From: Polyangiales bacterium
GTDB taxonomy: Bacteria > Myxococcota_A > Polyangia > Polyangiales > Ga0077539
Direction: 5' to 3'
Length of the DNA stretch: 64,000 nt
Assembly (NCBI GenBank): GCA_044229975.1
Contig: JBGARZ010000013.1
Coordinates: forward strand, 64,001-128,000
In this document: piece by piece, positions 1-9,822 of the stretch
Numbering within the stretch: position 1 is the stretch's first letter
Layout: each line of letters begins with the position of its first letter
Translations under genes and position numbers: made by a program
Notes under the pieces: model-generated
What the model saw: the letters and a program-made list of their open reading frames with translations, nothing else
Told to the model about the DNA's origin: nothing
The model's database searches: none

Positions 1-2
1 AC

Positions 3-995
3 TGGGTGCTCGATCCGTTCTGTGGTCGAGGAACGACTGTCCTAGCCGCGAGGAAACTCGGCCTCCCCGTCGTGGGAGTCGACAGCAATCCCGTCGCTGC
101 CGCGATCGCGGAAGCGAAGCTCGTCAGCGTGTCGGCCGAGCGGATAGTGACCGTTTGCCGGGAGCTCATCGAGGCGGGTTCAAACGACGAGGTCGCACCG
201 CGCGGCCTCTTCTGGAGGCTTTGCTTCACGGATCCCACGCTGCGCGCGCTACTTCGACTGAGAACTGCGCTGTTGCGCGACTGCCGAACCCCAGCCCGAA
301 AGGCGCTTCGCGCAATCCTGCTTGGCAGCCTTCACGGACCTCGGAACAAGGGGTTCCCTTCTTATTTCTCGAATCAGATGCCACGGACCTATGCCGCCAA
401 GCCTGACTATGCGGTCCGTTATTGGCAAAAACACGGATTGAAACCAATCGACGTCGATCTCGTCGACCTCGTCCGACGAAAAGCTGCTCGCTACTATCCG
501 GAGCGACTCGCACCGGCGCGGGGGCGGATTGTGCAAGCCGACAGCAGAACAGGCTCCTTGGAGGGTGATCGCCCGATCAACTGGGTGATCACCTCACCGC
601 CGTACTATGGGATGCGGACCTACGTCCCTGACCAGTGGCTTCGGAGCTGGTTTCTGGGCGGACCGGCCACGGTTGACTACTCCATGGAAGGCCAACTCTT
701 GCACAGGTCCGCCGATGTGTTCACCGACGAACTTGCAACTGTTTGGAACAACGTCGCGCGTCACTGCGCCCCGAGAGCTTCCATGGTGGTGCGATTCGGC
801 GGCATTCAAGACCGCGACGTTGAGCCACGCGATCTGCTCCGGCGGTCCATCGCTCTGTCCGATGTGGGCTGGAGGCTCAAGACGACGAAGTCAGCCGGCT
901 TCGCGACGGCCGGGAAGCGACAGGCGGCGCAGTTTGGCGAGTCATTGAAGAACGGCGTCGAAGAATTTGACTTTCATCTAAGGCTAGAGGGCTGA
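3..995 (+). CDS. Site-specific DNA methyltransferase (probably N4-C/N6-A, motif I before motif IV), 5' truncated by the window edge
   Basis: Motif I LDPFCGRGTT and catalytic VITSPPYYG; frame is open from the window start. Confidence 0.85.
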   Translation, partial: WVLDPFCGRGTTVLAARKLGLPVVGVDSNPVAAAIAEAKLVSVSAERIVTVCRELIEAGSNDEVAPRGLFWRLCFTDPTLRALLRLRTALLRDCRTPARKALRAILLGSLHGPRNKGFPSYFSNQMPRTYAAKPDYAVRYWQKHGLKPIDVDLVDLVRRKAARYYPERLAPARGRIVQADSRTGSLEGDRPINWVITSPPYYGMRTYVPDQWLRSWFLGGPATVDYSMEGQLLHRSADVFTDELATVWNNVARHCAPRASMVVRFGGIQDRDVEPRDLLRRSIALSDVGWRLKTTKSAGFATAGKRQAAQFGESLKNGVEEFDFHLRLEG

Positions 996-997
996 CC

Positions 998-2329
998 ATG
1001 ACAAAGTCCACACCAAAGGGAACTACGTCCAAGGGACCAGCGACTGAGGTGCCGACGACAGGGAAAGCCAAGTCGTGGCTGCTCCCTTGGGAGATTGTGT
1101 CGCCTCCAATGGACACATCTGCCGTCACCGCGTCCGACGAGGACCTGAATGTCCGTTACGTTAAGGGAGAGATCCGAATAGTCACTGAGCAGGCGCGATA
1201 TTCTATCGGTACCGTGCGGCAGATGCTCGCCACCGAGGTTGAAGGCGGCGACGGCGCAGGCGAGAAGCAATATCAACTCGATCCCGAATACCAACGTCGG
1301 CACCGATGGTCCAAACGACAGAAGTCCCGACTCATCGAGTCGTTCCTAATGAATATCCCTGTCCCACCAGTTTTTATTTACGAAAGAGACTTCAACAAAT
1401 ATGAAGTAATGGACGGACGTCAACGCCTGACAGCCATTAACGACTTCTATGCCGGCGCCTTCGCGCTGACCGAACTCGAATACTGGAAGGAACTCGATGG
1501 CCGCAAATACTCTGAACTTCCATCCAAAATCCGCGATGGAATCGACCGAAGGTACCTATCTGCCATCGTTCTACTCAAGGAGTCGGGTGGCAGTGACGCG
1601 GACTCTGGCGTGCGCGAAGCGCGGCTCAAGAAGCTGGTTTTCGCGAGGCTTAACAGTGGAGGCGTCGATCTCGAAGGCCAGGAACTCCGCAACGCCATAT
1701 ATGGAGGCCCGTTAAACAAGCTCTGTTTGGAACTCTCCCGCTACCAACCCTTCCGAGACATGTGGGGCTTTCCATCCATGGATGTTCTCGACGCAGATGA
1801 CACCTCGTCCGATGACGAAGACGACGGAGAAAACTCTCATCCTGTGTCGAGGCGAGCGATCGAGCGGGTGCGCAGGATGGAGGATGTCGAGCTGGTTCTC
1901 GAGTTCTTCGCTTACCGACACATCAACAAATTTCCCGGCGCACTGAATAAAAAGAAGGAGTTTCTCGACTGGTTCATTGGCGCATTCCGATTCTCCGGAC
2001 CGCAACTAGAAGAATATGCGGCGCTGTTCCGCGACACCATCGATCTACTGTCCTCGATTTTGGGGGAGACAGCGTTCCATAGCTGGCGCCAACAACCCAT
2101 GAAGGTCGTCTATGACCCCATGATGTTCGTGGCTAGCCGATACCATTCCCCTGTTGACCGGGACCTACTTGTTCAGGGAAAGAATGTTGTCAGCGCGAAG
2201 GTAAAGGCGATGTTCGATGCCAACAAGGAGATTTTTGGCGGAAGGAAGACCAACGACTCTTACATCGCCAAGCGAAACGATGCTGTCGCCAACGTGTTTG
2301 CGGCGGTGCTCTCTGAACTCCGGCGATGA
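998..2329 (+). CDS. DUF262 (GmrS/ParB-like) domain protein
   Basis: PEYQRRHRW, SRLIESFLMNIPVPPVF, EVMDGRQRLTAI and FARLNSGG motifs. Confidence 0.88.
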   Translation: MTKSTPKGTTSKGPATEVPTTGKAKSWLLPWEIVSPPMDTSAVTASDEDLNVRYVKGEIRIVTEQARYSIGTVRQMLATEVEGGDGAGEKQYQLDPEYQRRHRWSKRQKSRLIESFLMNIPVPPVFIYERDFNKYEVMDGRQRLTAINDFYAGAFALTELEYWKELDGRKYSELPSKIRDGIDRRYLSAIVLLKESGGSDADSGVREARLKKLVFARLNSGGVDLEGQELRNAIYGGPLNKLCLELSRYQPFRDMWGFPSMDVLDADDTSSDDEDDGENSHPVSRRAIERVRRMEDVELVLEFFAYRHINKFPGALNKKKEFLDWFIGAFRFSGPQLEEYAALFRDTIDLLSSILGETAFHSWRQQPMKVVYDPMMFVASRYHSPVDRDLLVQGKNVVSAKVKAMFDANKEIFGGRKTNDSYIAKRNDAVANVFAAVLSELRR

Positions 2330-2341
2330 GAGGGTTGAACG

Positions 2342-3406
2342 ATGCGCGCGACCCTCGAAGACTTCCTGAAGCGAATCTCAGATCTCCTCACGCTCTTGAA
2401 GGACGGCGCGCGGGTGGAAGAGCACCTGAAGTCGCGGAATGATCCGGCCCTCGCCGAGTATCTGCGCGTGCGACGAACCTTCGACTATGCGGGATTGGTG
2501 GTTCTGTTATACGCGCACTTCGAGCAATTCGTGGAAAACCTTGTCTGGTCCTATGCTGACGCTATGTCGAAGAATCTGGTGTATGTGAAGTTGCCAGAAG
2601 GCCTCAAGACGCGGCACCTTGAAATTTCAGTCGACTTACTCGCGAGGAAGCGGATCGGGTCCGGACGTTACGAGAACCTGACCGAACTTGGCGTCGTCCG
2701 GAACCTTTTTGAGTGCGCTCACGACAACCGCCCGGCCAACCTCACACGCGAAGCCTTAGTCCATCACGAGAGAAACCTCCGGGCAGATGTGATCACGGAC
2801 CTCTTTGCGGGCGTTGGTATCAACGACGTCAACGCGCGTGCCTGCAAGGCTGATGCGTTGATGAAGTGGGCAGAAGCCTTGGAGGGTAGCGCCCGACCCA
2901 TTCCTACCTCGCAGGTGGCGGCGAAACTCAATAGGCTCGTTGATCTCCGAAACGACATCGCCCACCGCGGAACGACAGATGACATTACTACGTTTGACAA
3001 CATTACCGAATTGGTGATCTTCGTGGAGGCATACGGACGCGCACTGCACGCAACCGTTGTCACCCACCACCTCCGAACTCTTCTGAAGGATTCGTCACCG
3101 CTCACCATCACTGAGGGACCGTTGAAGGAAGGACGCGTCGTCGTTGTAACGAACCCGCCAGTTGCATTGCGGAAATGGCAAGCCGTATGCGCCTTTGCCG
3201 GCGACCCGAACACGGATGCACGGTGGGGCTACGTCGAGAGCCTCCAGATCAACGACGAAGAAGTCGATGAAGCGCCTCTCGGTGCCGCTGAAGTCGGGCT
3301 CATGCTCACCTTCGAGTGTTTCAAGAACACCGCGCTACATCCTTTGGCCATGCCGGACCCGTTGCTCTGGCCGCCTCCGGCTTCGTCTTCGAATGACGCG
3401 GCCTGA
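2342..3406 (+). CDS. HEPN-family nuclease (RiboL-PSP / MAE_28990-like) with C-terminal beta-barrel
   Basis: LYAHFEQFV helix and RNDIAH (Rx4H) motif; follows the DUF262 gene. Confidence 0.8.
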   Translation: MRATLEDFLKRISDLLTLLKDGARVEEHLKSRNDPALAEYLRVRRTFDYAGLVVLLYAHFEQFVENLVWSYADAMSKNLVYVKLPEGLKTRHLEISVDLLARKRIGSGRYENLTELGVVRNLFECAHDNRPANLTREALVHHERNLRADVITDLFAGVGINDVNARACKADALMKWAEALEGSARPIPTSQVAAKLNRLVDLRNDIAHRGTTDDITTFDNITELVIFVEAYGRALHATVVTHHLRTLLKDSSPLTITEGPLKEGRVVVVTNPPVALRKWQAVCAFAGDPNTDARWGYVESLQINDEEVDEAPLGAAEVGLMLTFECFKNTALHPLAMPDPLLWPPPASSSNDAA

Positions 3407-3597
3407 TTTGTGCTGGTTTGGACTCCGCGATAGGCGTCTTGGTGGCCTGAAGGGGCGGGGGTTTGGCGCCGTCGATCTAGCTTCCCCCGGTCGGTCGCCG
3501 GAGTCGCCACGGTGGAGCGCGCGAGGGACGTGGGCTCGATTGGCGCGATCGTAACGGCGACGCGGCTGCGCGAGGAGCAGGCGCAGCGCGACGCCGT

Positions 3598-4146
3598 TCA
3601 CCCGCTGGTCGTGAGGCTCACGCTGACCACTGCGACGGTCCGGCGCCCCGCGGCGACGGGCGCGATGAGGTCGCCGCGCGCCTGGAGGCAGGCGGTGAAG
3701 CGCGGGCCGGGGCTACGAGCGACGCGCGCGATGGTGACGACTCCGCGGCGGTCGACGGCCAGACTGATCTCCACGCGGGCGGATGACACGGCGGGGTTCA
3801 CCCGGAGCAGCTCCTGCCAGCAGGTGTTGACGATGCGGGAGTCGTTGAACGCCTGAACGACGCGGCCCGTCCGGCGCATCTGCCGCGTTTGTTCGAGGTC
3901 GCAGGGGGAGCCCGGGGGCCAGCGAAAGAAGGGCGCCAACGGACGCCCGTCCATCCTCGGAGAAAACCACGGGTCGATGTCGGGCCCCCTCTCGGGTTGG
4001 GGGAGCGGTTCACCACAGCGTCGTAGTGTCGCCGCATCGGGGCGTGGCTCCGCGCGACGGTGACGGCGTCGCTGCTGCTGAGCGTCGGCGTCACCGCCGA
4101 GGAACGCCAGCGTCAGCCACGCCGCGATCGCTGCGGCCCCGCGCAT
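3598..4146 (-). CDS. Exported protein with TonB-C/AgmX-PglI-like C-terminal domain
   Basis: Signal peptide; CWQELLRVNP...RVEISLAVDRRGVV...FTACL pattern; ATG overlaps the stop of the upstream gene. Confidence 0.55.
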   Translation of the reverse strand: MRGAAAIAAWLTLAFLGGDADAQQQRRRHRRAEPRPDAATLRRCGEPLPQPERGPDIDPWFSPRMDGRPLAPFFRWPPGSPCDLEQTRQMRRTGRVVQAFNDSRIVNTCWQELLRVNPAVSSARVEISLAVDRRGVVTIARVARSPGPRFTACLQARGDLIAPVAAGRRTVAVVSVSLTTSG

Positions 4147-5216
4147 CAACCCCTCCGCGAGGCGGCGACGGTCGCCTCTGTCGGTCCCTCCGCGTCGGCC
4201 GCGGGCGCGTCCCCGGCGAGCTCGATGCGCACCCCGGACGGCGCACCGGCGTCTCGGCCCCGCGACGACTCGGCGCGGAGCAGCCGACCGAGCGCGAAGG
4301 CGTTCTCCGTCGCGTGCGAGACCACCACGGGGCGGCCGAGCGTGGCCGCATCGAAGCTCAGGCTGTACGCGTCCTCGCTCACTGCGCCGATGGCGCCCCA
4401 GGGGATCCACCCCGCTGAGATCGGGGCGGCGCGGTAGTGGGCGTTCGGGACGGACGCCGGGTCGTAGCTGGTGAGCGGCGCCACGCCCTGCGACGAGACC
4501 GCGACGCCGCCGGTGCGACGCGCGTTACGCCACGTCGACAGCGAGCGCAGCATGAACCCGCCCGACGCCACGAGGAAGATGACCGCCCGGACGGCGCCCA
4601 CGCCGTTGGAGCGCTCGCCCGCCATGAACGCGGCGAGCATCCCCAGCGCGGCGAGCATGAAGAAGCCGAAGAGCGTCACCGCCCCGAGCGGAAACTTCGC
4701 CCGGTCGACGAAGGAGAGCGTCTCACCCGCCCGAAGCCGCTCGCCCATACGCGCGGCGACCGCGTCGGCGACGAGCTCGGCGGGACCCTGCACGTCGCGG
4801 TAGAGCGCGTGGACCACCACCGGCGCGCCGCTGCCTGCGGCGAAGGTGACGCTCGCCGGCGCGTTGGGACTGAACGCCCGGCGCGGGTCGAACCAGGCGA
4901 ACCCGACCCGCGTGACGTCGCGGTACTCGACGCGCTGCGAGCGAGCGCCCCGCCAGCCAACGAGGTAGTCGGCGAAGAACTCGACGCGGTCCTTCCAGCG
5001 GAGCGCGAACGAGCCGATCACCCCCGCGAGGATGGCCCCGGCGGCGGCAAAGCTGAGCCACGGGACGTGGGTGGCCGCACCGACGATCAGCCCGAGCCAC
5101 GGCAGCATGATCGCCGCGAGCAGGTGGTTCAGCGCCAGGGTCAAGCGGCGCTGCGCGGGCAACACCACGAGCGGCGTCGGGCCGCCGCCGGGAGCGCCCG
5201 TGTCCGCCGACGTCAT
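4146..5216 (-). CDS. Hypothetical membrane protein (two TM pairs)
   Basis: Four hydrophobic segments; start taken at MTSADTG. Confidence 0.6.
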   Translation of the reverse strand: MTSADTGAPGGGPTPLVVLPAQRRLTLALNHLLAAIMLPWLGLIVGAATHVPWLSFAAAGAILAGVIGSFALRWKDRVEFFADYLVGWRGARSQRVEYRDVTRVGFAWFDPRRAFSPNAPASVTFAAGSGAPVVVHALYRDVQGPAELVADAVAARMGERLRAGETLSFVDRAKFPLGAVTLFGFFMLAALGMLAAFMAGERSNGVGAVRAVIFLVASGGFMLRSLSTWRNARRTGGVAVSSQGVAPLTSYDPASVPNAHYRAAPISAGWIPWGAIGAVSEDAYSLSFDAATLGRPVVVSHATENAFALGRLLRAESSRGRDAGAPSGVRIELAGDAPAADAEGPTEATVAASRRG

Positions 5217-5317
5217 CGCTCTTCCCCGTGCAGCACGGCCAAAGTCTGGACGCGTCACCCTCGCGTGTGAAGCTCGAAGCGACCGCCCGACCAGAGCGGG
5301 TATCTTCGCGCGCGACG

Positions 5318-6283
5318 ATGACGCGACCGCCAACCACCCGATCACCAACCGCTCCGAGCACCACGAGGCGCTGGCAGCTCCTCGCGATCTGCGTCGGCCT
5401 CTTCTCGTCGTCGTGTGACACCGCCACCCCTTTGCCCGACGCGTCCGCCTTGCTCGATGCATCACGCGATGCGCCGTCGGTCGATGCCCCGAGGCCGCCC
5501 TGCGCTCCGCGCGACAACGTGCTGCTCTGCGGCGCTCCGTTGCTCATCGCACACCGCGGCGGCGGCGCCCTGCGGCCCGAGGAGACCCTCGCGGCGTTCG
5601 CAAACGCCGCCGCGCTCCACGCCGACGTGCTTGAGCTCGACGTGCACTCGACCGCCGACGGCGAGGTCGTGTGCATGCACGACGACACGGTCGACCGCAC
5701 CACCAACGGCACCGGCGCATTGCACGGGCTCACGCTCGCCCAGGTGCGCGCGCTCGACGCCGGCTATCGGTTCACGACCGACCGCGGAGCGACCTTTCCG
5801 TATCGCGGGATGGGCATCACCGTTCCGACGCTGGCCGAGGTGCTCGCGGCACACCCGACCGCGTGGTTCTCGATCGAGATCAAACAGACCGAGCCCAACA
5901 TCGTCGACCGGGTGCTGACGATCGTCGACGCGAACCGCGCCGCAGGCCGCGTCGTGCTCGTGTCGTTCAACGATTCAGTGGTCCGCGAGATCCGGGCGCG
6001 ACGACCCGATGTCGTCACGGGGATGAGCCTCGCGGAGTTCGTCGCCTTCGCGGGGCTGCGGTCGTCGGTCGAAGCCACCTACGCGCCGCCGACGACCATT
6101 TCCCAGCTCCCGGCAGCCAGCGTCAACGCGGAGGTCGTCGCGCGCGCCGGGCGCCTCGGGGTGCGCCTCCACGCGTGGACGGTCAACGATCGCGAGACGA
6201 TGGTGAGGCTCCTCGACCTCGGCGTGCACGGCATCATGACCGACGACCCAGCGCTCCTCGCCGACGTGCTCGCGCACCGCTGA
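5318..6283 (+). CDS. Glycerophosphodiester phosphodiesterase, probable lipoprotein
   Basis: AHRGG, PEETL, ELDVH, MHD, IEIK, WTVND, GIMTDDP; N-terminal SSSC lipobox-like site. Confidence 0.9.
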   Translation: MTRPPTTRSPTAPSTTRRWQLLAICVGLFSSSCDTATPLPDASALLDASRDAPSVDAPRPPCAPRDNVLLCGAPLLIAHRGGGALRPEETLAAFANAAALHADVLELDVHSTADGEVVCMHDDTVDRTTNGTGALHGLTLAQVRALDAGYRFTTDRGATFPYRGMGITVPTLAEVLAAHPTAWFSIEIKQTEPNIVDRVLTIVDANRAAGRVVLVSFNDSVVREIRARRPDVVTGMSLAEFVAFAGLRSSVEATYAPPTTISQLPAASVNAEVVARAGRLGVRLHAWTVNDRETMVRLLDLGVHGIMTDDPALLADVLAHR

Positions 6284-6362
6284 CCGAACCATTCCCGAAG
6301 TCACTCCCGCCACGGCGCGTCCACTCGATTGCGCCCGTGGAGTGCGACTTGTCATGCGTCGC

Positions 6363-6389
6363 AAATCCACCCGCAGCGCCCGCGCCGTA
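6363..6389 (+). promoter_or_regulatory. Putative ECF-sigma promoter (AAATCC-N17-CGTA)
   Basis: Resembles ATCC/CGTA ECF promoters; about 70 bp upstream of the DUF4394 gene. Confidence 0.4.
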
Positions 6390-6457
6390 GCAAAACTCCC
6401 CGGCGCGCGAGCCTGTGAACAACGCGCCGGTTTTCTTGTTCACAGACGGAGAACGCG

Positions 6458-8419
6458 ATGCATCGAAACACACTGAAATTCGCCGCTGGTCTGTTGGTCC
6501 TCACCGCCGTCGGCTGCGGCGACGACCCCGCGACCGACGCTGGCACCGACGCGGCCGTCCTCGACGTCGGCGGGAGCGATGTCGTCGATGCCGGTCAGCC
6601 CGACGTCCAGCGTCTCGACGCGGGGCAGCCCGATGTCGGAACGCTCGACGCGGGTCAGCTCGACGCAGGGCAGCCCGATGTCGGAACGCCCGATGCGGGA
6701 CAGCCCGATGTCGGAACGCCCGACGCAGGGCAGCCCGACGTTCCTGCGCCGACGCCCGGCGACACCTGGGCGCTCACCTCCACGGGTCGCCTGATCTCCT
6801 TCGACCGCGCGACGGGCATGGTCCGCACCACCACAACCATCACGGGTCTCGGCGCCGGTGAGACCGCCGCGGGCCTCGACATCCGTCCCCGCAACGGCGC
6901 GCTCGTGCTGCTCACCCGCGACGCCTCCAACATGGGCCGCCTCTACGACGTGGCGCTCGCCACCGGCGCCGCGTCGTCGGTGCGCATGCTCAGCGCCGCG
7001 CTGACGGGCACGCGCTTCGGCGTCGACTTCAACCCAGCCGCCGACGCGCTGCGCATCGTGAGCGACATGGGACAGAACCTCCGCGTGAACCCCACGACCG
7101 GCGCGACCACCGTCGACGGCGTGCTCAACCCGGTGACCACCACGGTCGCGTCGGCCGCGTACACCAACAGCCAGGACGACACCTGCCGCACGCAGCTCTT
7201 CGTCATCGACACCGGCACCGATCGGCTGCGCCTGCAGAACCCACCCAACGCGGGCACCCTCACGGACGTCGGCACCGGCCTCGGCGTCGACGCCACCGGC
7301 GCCGTCGGCTTCGACATCGTCACCACGCTCAACGCGAGCTCGCAGCTCGTCAACGCCGGCCTCGCGACGCTCACCGTCGGCGGCGCGACGCGCATCTACG
7401 ACGTCGACCTCACGACCGGCGTGGCGAGCGGCCCGCGCGCGTTCACGGGCCTCGCCTCGGGCGAAGACGTGATCGACATCGCGGCGCCCACGCCGGCCGC
7501 CACGGCGACGCCGGTTCAGGACCCGGGCGAGTACTGGGGCCTCACGGAGGGCGGTCAGCTCGTGAGCTTCAACCGCGCCGCGCCCCGTAACTTCTGCACG
7601 ACCTCGGCGATCACCGGCCTCGTGGCGGGTGAGACCATCGTCGGCATCGACACCCGCGCGGCGACCATCGTGGGACAGGCGAAGCTCTACGGCATCGGCC
7701 GTCGCGACGCGACCGTCGCGGGCGCGCGTCTGCTCGCCTTCGACGTGACCAACCCCCGCGCCGTGACCGTGACCGGCTCGGCGCTCCTCTCGCCGGCGAC
7801 GGGCACCGCCTTCGCGGGCCTCACCGGGACGAGCTTCGCGGTGGACTTCAACCCCGCCGCCGACCTCCTGCGCGTGATCGGCAGCGACGGGCAGAACCTC
7901 CGCATCGTGCCGCCGGGCCGAGTCCTCGCGACGCCCGCGATCCTCGATCCGGCGTACACCACCTTCACCGATGGGCCCCTCAATGATGGCGCCACCACCC
8001 CGGCGGCCGTCGCGGGCGTGACCGAAGCCGCGTACTTCAACAACGACGAGGACGCGCTCACGACGACCACGCTCTACGCCCTCGACACCACGCTCGATCG
8101 GCTCCTGCTCATCGGCGCCAACCCGAGCGTGTCGGGCGCGTGCCCCACGACGCCCGGCAACCCCAACTGCGGCGTGGTCACGGCCGTTGGCTCGTTCGGG
8201 CTCGCGTCCACCGACGTGGTCGCCTCGGGCGGCTTCGAGATCTCCACCGCGGGCAACCTCGCCGTCGCGGCGCTTCGCATCGAGGCCGCCGCGACCTCGA
8301 CCCTCTACGACATCAACCTGATGACCGGGGCGGCGACCGTTCCTGCGGGCATCGGCACCAACGACCCGGTGGGCACGACCAACCGCATCGTCGGTCTCAC
8401 CCGCCGCGTCGTTCCGTAG
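6458..8419 (+). CDS. Lipoprotein with two DUF4394-like domains
   Basis: Lipobox AVGC; twice the motif DFNPAADxLR(I/V)...GQNLR, plus AAYxN and GF(D/E)I. Confidence 0.82.
   Translation: MHRNTLKFAAGLLVLTAVGCGDDPATDAGTDAAVLDVGGSDVVDAGQPDVQRLDAGQPDVGTLDAGQLDAGQPDVGTPDAGQPDVGTPDAGQPDVPAPTPGDTWALTSTGRLISFDRATGMVRTTTTITGLGAGETAAGLDIRPRNGALVLLTRDASNMGRLYDVALATGAASSVRMLSAALTGTRFGVDFNPAADALRIVSDMGQNLRVNPTTGATTVDGVLNPVTTTVASAAYTNSQDDTCRTQLFVIDTGTDRLRLQNPPNAGTLTDVGTGLGVDATGAVGFDIVTTLNASSQLVNAGLATLTVGGATRIYDVDLTTGVASGPRAFTGLASGEDVIDIAAPTPAATATPVQDPGEYWGLTEGGQLVSFNRAAPRNFCTTSAITGLVAGETIVGIDTRAATIVGQAKLYGIGRRDATVAGARLLAFDVTNPRAVTVTGSALLSPATGTAFAGLTGTSFAVDFNPAADLLRVIGSDGQNLRIVPPGRVLATPAILDPAYTTFTDGPLNDGATTPAAVAGVTEAAYFNNDEDALTTTTLYALDTTLDRLLLIGANPSVSGACPTTPGNPNCGVVTAVGSFGLASTDVVASGGFEISTAGNLAVAALRIEAAATSTLYDINLMTGAATVPAGIGTNDPVGTTNRIVGLTRRVVP
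6587..6742 (+). repeat. In-frame 30-bp tandem repeat encoding DAGQPDVGTP
   Basis: About five imperfect copies seen directly. Confidence 0.9.
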
Positions 8420-8435
8420 GCCCTCTACCCTTGAC

Positions 8436-8467
8436 CCCCCGCGAGAGCTCAGCGCCTCTCGCGGGGG
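8436..8467. terminator. 12-bp-stem hairpin between convergent genes
   Basis: CCCCCGCGAGAG / CTCTCGCGGGGG with an 8-nt loop; no U-tract. Confidence 0.55.
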
Positions 8468-8489
8468 AGTCGGCGCTGCCCTGCCAGAT

Positions 8490-8978
8490 TCAGCCGCGAC
8501 GCGCCTGCTCGATGGCGGCGACGTCGATCTTCGTCATCCCCATCATCGCCTGAAAGACACGCTTCGCGACGGCGGGATCCTTGTCGGCCATCCCTTCGGT
8601 CAACGCGGCGGGCGTGATCTGCCAGGAGATACCCCAGCGGTCCTTGCACCAGCCGCACTGGCTCTCCTGCCCCCCGTTGCCGACGATCGCGTCCCAGTAA
8701 CGATCGGTCTCGGCCTGGTCGGCCGTGCTGACCTGGAAGGAAAACGCCTCGCTGTGCTTGAACTGCGGGCCACCGTTGAGGCCGATGCAGGGAATGCCGA
8801 GCACCGTGAACTGCACCACCAGGGCGTCGCCCTGCTTGCCATCGGGGTAATCCCCCGGCGCGCGCTGCGTCCAGCCGACATGGCTGTCAGGAAAGGTCTT
8901 GGCATAGAACTGCGCGGCCGCCTCGGCGTCGCGCTCGTACCACAGACAGAGGGTGACCTTGGGTGCGGTGGTTGCCAT
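8490..8978 (-). CDS. VOC family protein (PhnB / 3-demethylubiquinone-9 3-methyltransferase-like)
   Basis: CLWY..DAEAAAQFY, LNGGPQF, QCGWCKDRWGISWQI. Confidence 0.92.
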   Translation of the reverse strand: MATTAPKVTLCLWYERDAEAAAQFYAKTFPDSHVGWTQRAPGDYPDGKQGDALVVQFTVLGIPCIGLNGGPQFKHSEAFSFQVSTADQAETDRYWDAIVGNGGQESQCGWCKDRWGISWQITPAALTEGMADKDPAVAKRVFQAMMGMTKIDVAAIEQARRG

Positions 8979-9011
8979 GTTCGTTGTCTTCTTTCTTTGT
9001 TGAGTGGGGAG

Positions 9012-9812
9012 TCAGTTGTCTTGAGGGCCGACGACGCCAAACGCCGCGCCTTGGGGGTCGATGGCCGTGACGATCCAGTCGCCGCCCGGCACCTGGTGCG
9101 GGCCCATGGTGACTTTGCCTCCGCCCGCCTCAATGGCGCGTTTTGCCTTCTCGACCGACGGAACGCCGAAGTACAGCACCCACGCCGCGGGTTCGCTGGC
9201 CTGCTGCTGCGACATGATCGCGCCGAGCCGGACGCCACCATGGTCGATGAAGCAGTAGTCGCCCATCGCGCCCATGGGCATGACCTCATTGAACTCGAAG
9301 CCGAAGTGCTTGGCGTAGAACGCCTTTGCACGCGATAGATCCGGGCTGGCGAGCTCGTTCCAGCGAACGTGCTGGGCGGCTGTGGGATGGAAGACATCGC
9401 TGACGGCATCGGGCTTGTCCGCTGGCGGCACCGGGTTCATCACATAGAACGGCGTGCCCATCGGGTCGGTCACCATCGCGATCTGCCCGACCGGCAGCTC
9501 CTTCTTCGGCATGACGGTCTTGCCACCATCAGCCTCGATGGCCTTCGTCGCGGCGTCGACGTCCTTCACGTGCAGATAGCCGAGCCACGCCGGGTGCGCG
9601 CCGCCGGCCTGCATTCCGGCCGTGAGCTGCAACACGCCTCCCAGGTGGCCGCCGTCGCTGCGGCCGATCATCCGGTAGTCCTGCCCGTCAGGCGGTGGTT
9701 GCGCGGCGATGGTCCATCCCACGACGTCACCGTAGAACCTCGCGGCGGCGTTGGCGTCCGTGGTCATCAGCTCGTACCAGATGAAGCTTCCCGGTTTATG
9801 GGCCATGGTCAT
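9012..9812 (-). CDS. Two-domain VOC/glyoxalase family protein
   Basis: WYELMTTD / WNELASPD and DPMG / DPQGA repeats. Confidence 0.9.
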   Translation of the reverse strand: MTMAHKPGSFIWYELMTTDANAAARFYGDVVGWTIAAQPPPDGQDYRMIGRSDGGHLGGVLQLTAGMQAGGAHPAWLGYLHVKDVDAATKAIEADGGKTVMPKKELPVGQIAMVTDPMGTPFYVMNPVPPADKPDAVSDVFHPTAAQHVRWNELASPDLSRAKAFYAKHFGFEFNEVMPMGAMGDYCFIDHGGVRLGAIMSQQQASEPAAWVLYFGVPSVEKAKRAIEAGGGKVTMGPHQVPGGDWIVTAIDPQGAAFGVVGPQDN

Positions 9813-9822
9813 TCTCTCCGTG

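Noticed and set aside
3407..3597. att site or IS end at the right border of the defence island
   Set aside because: GC shifts here, but I could not identify a tRNA fragment, repeat or terminal inverted repeat
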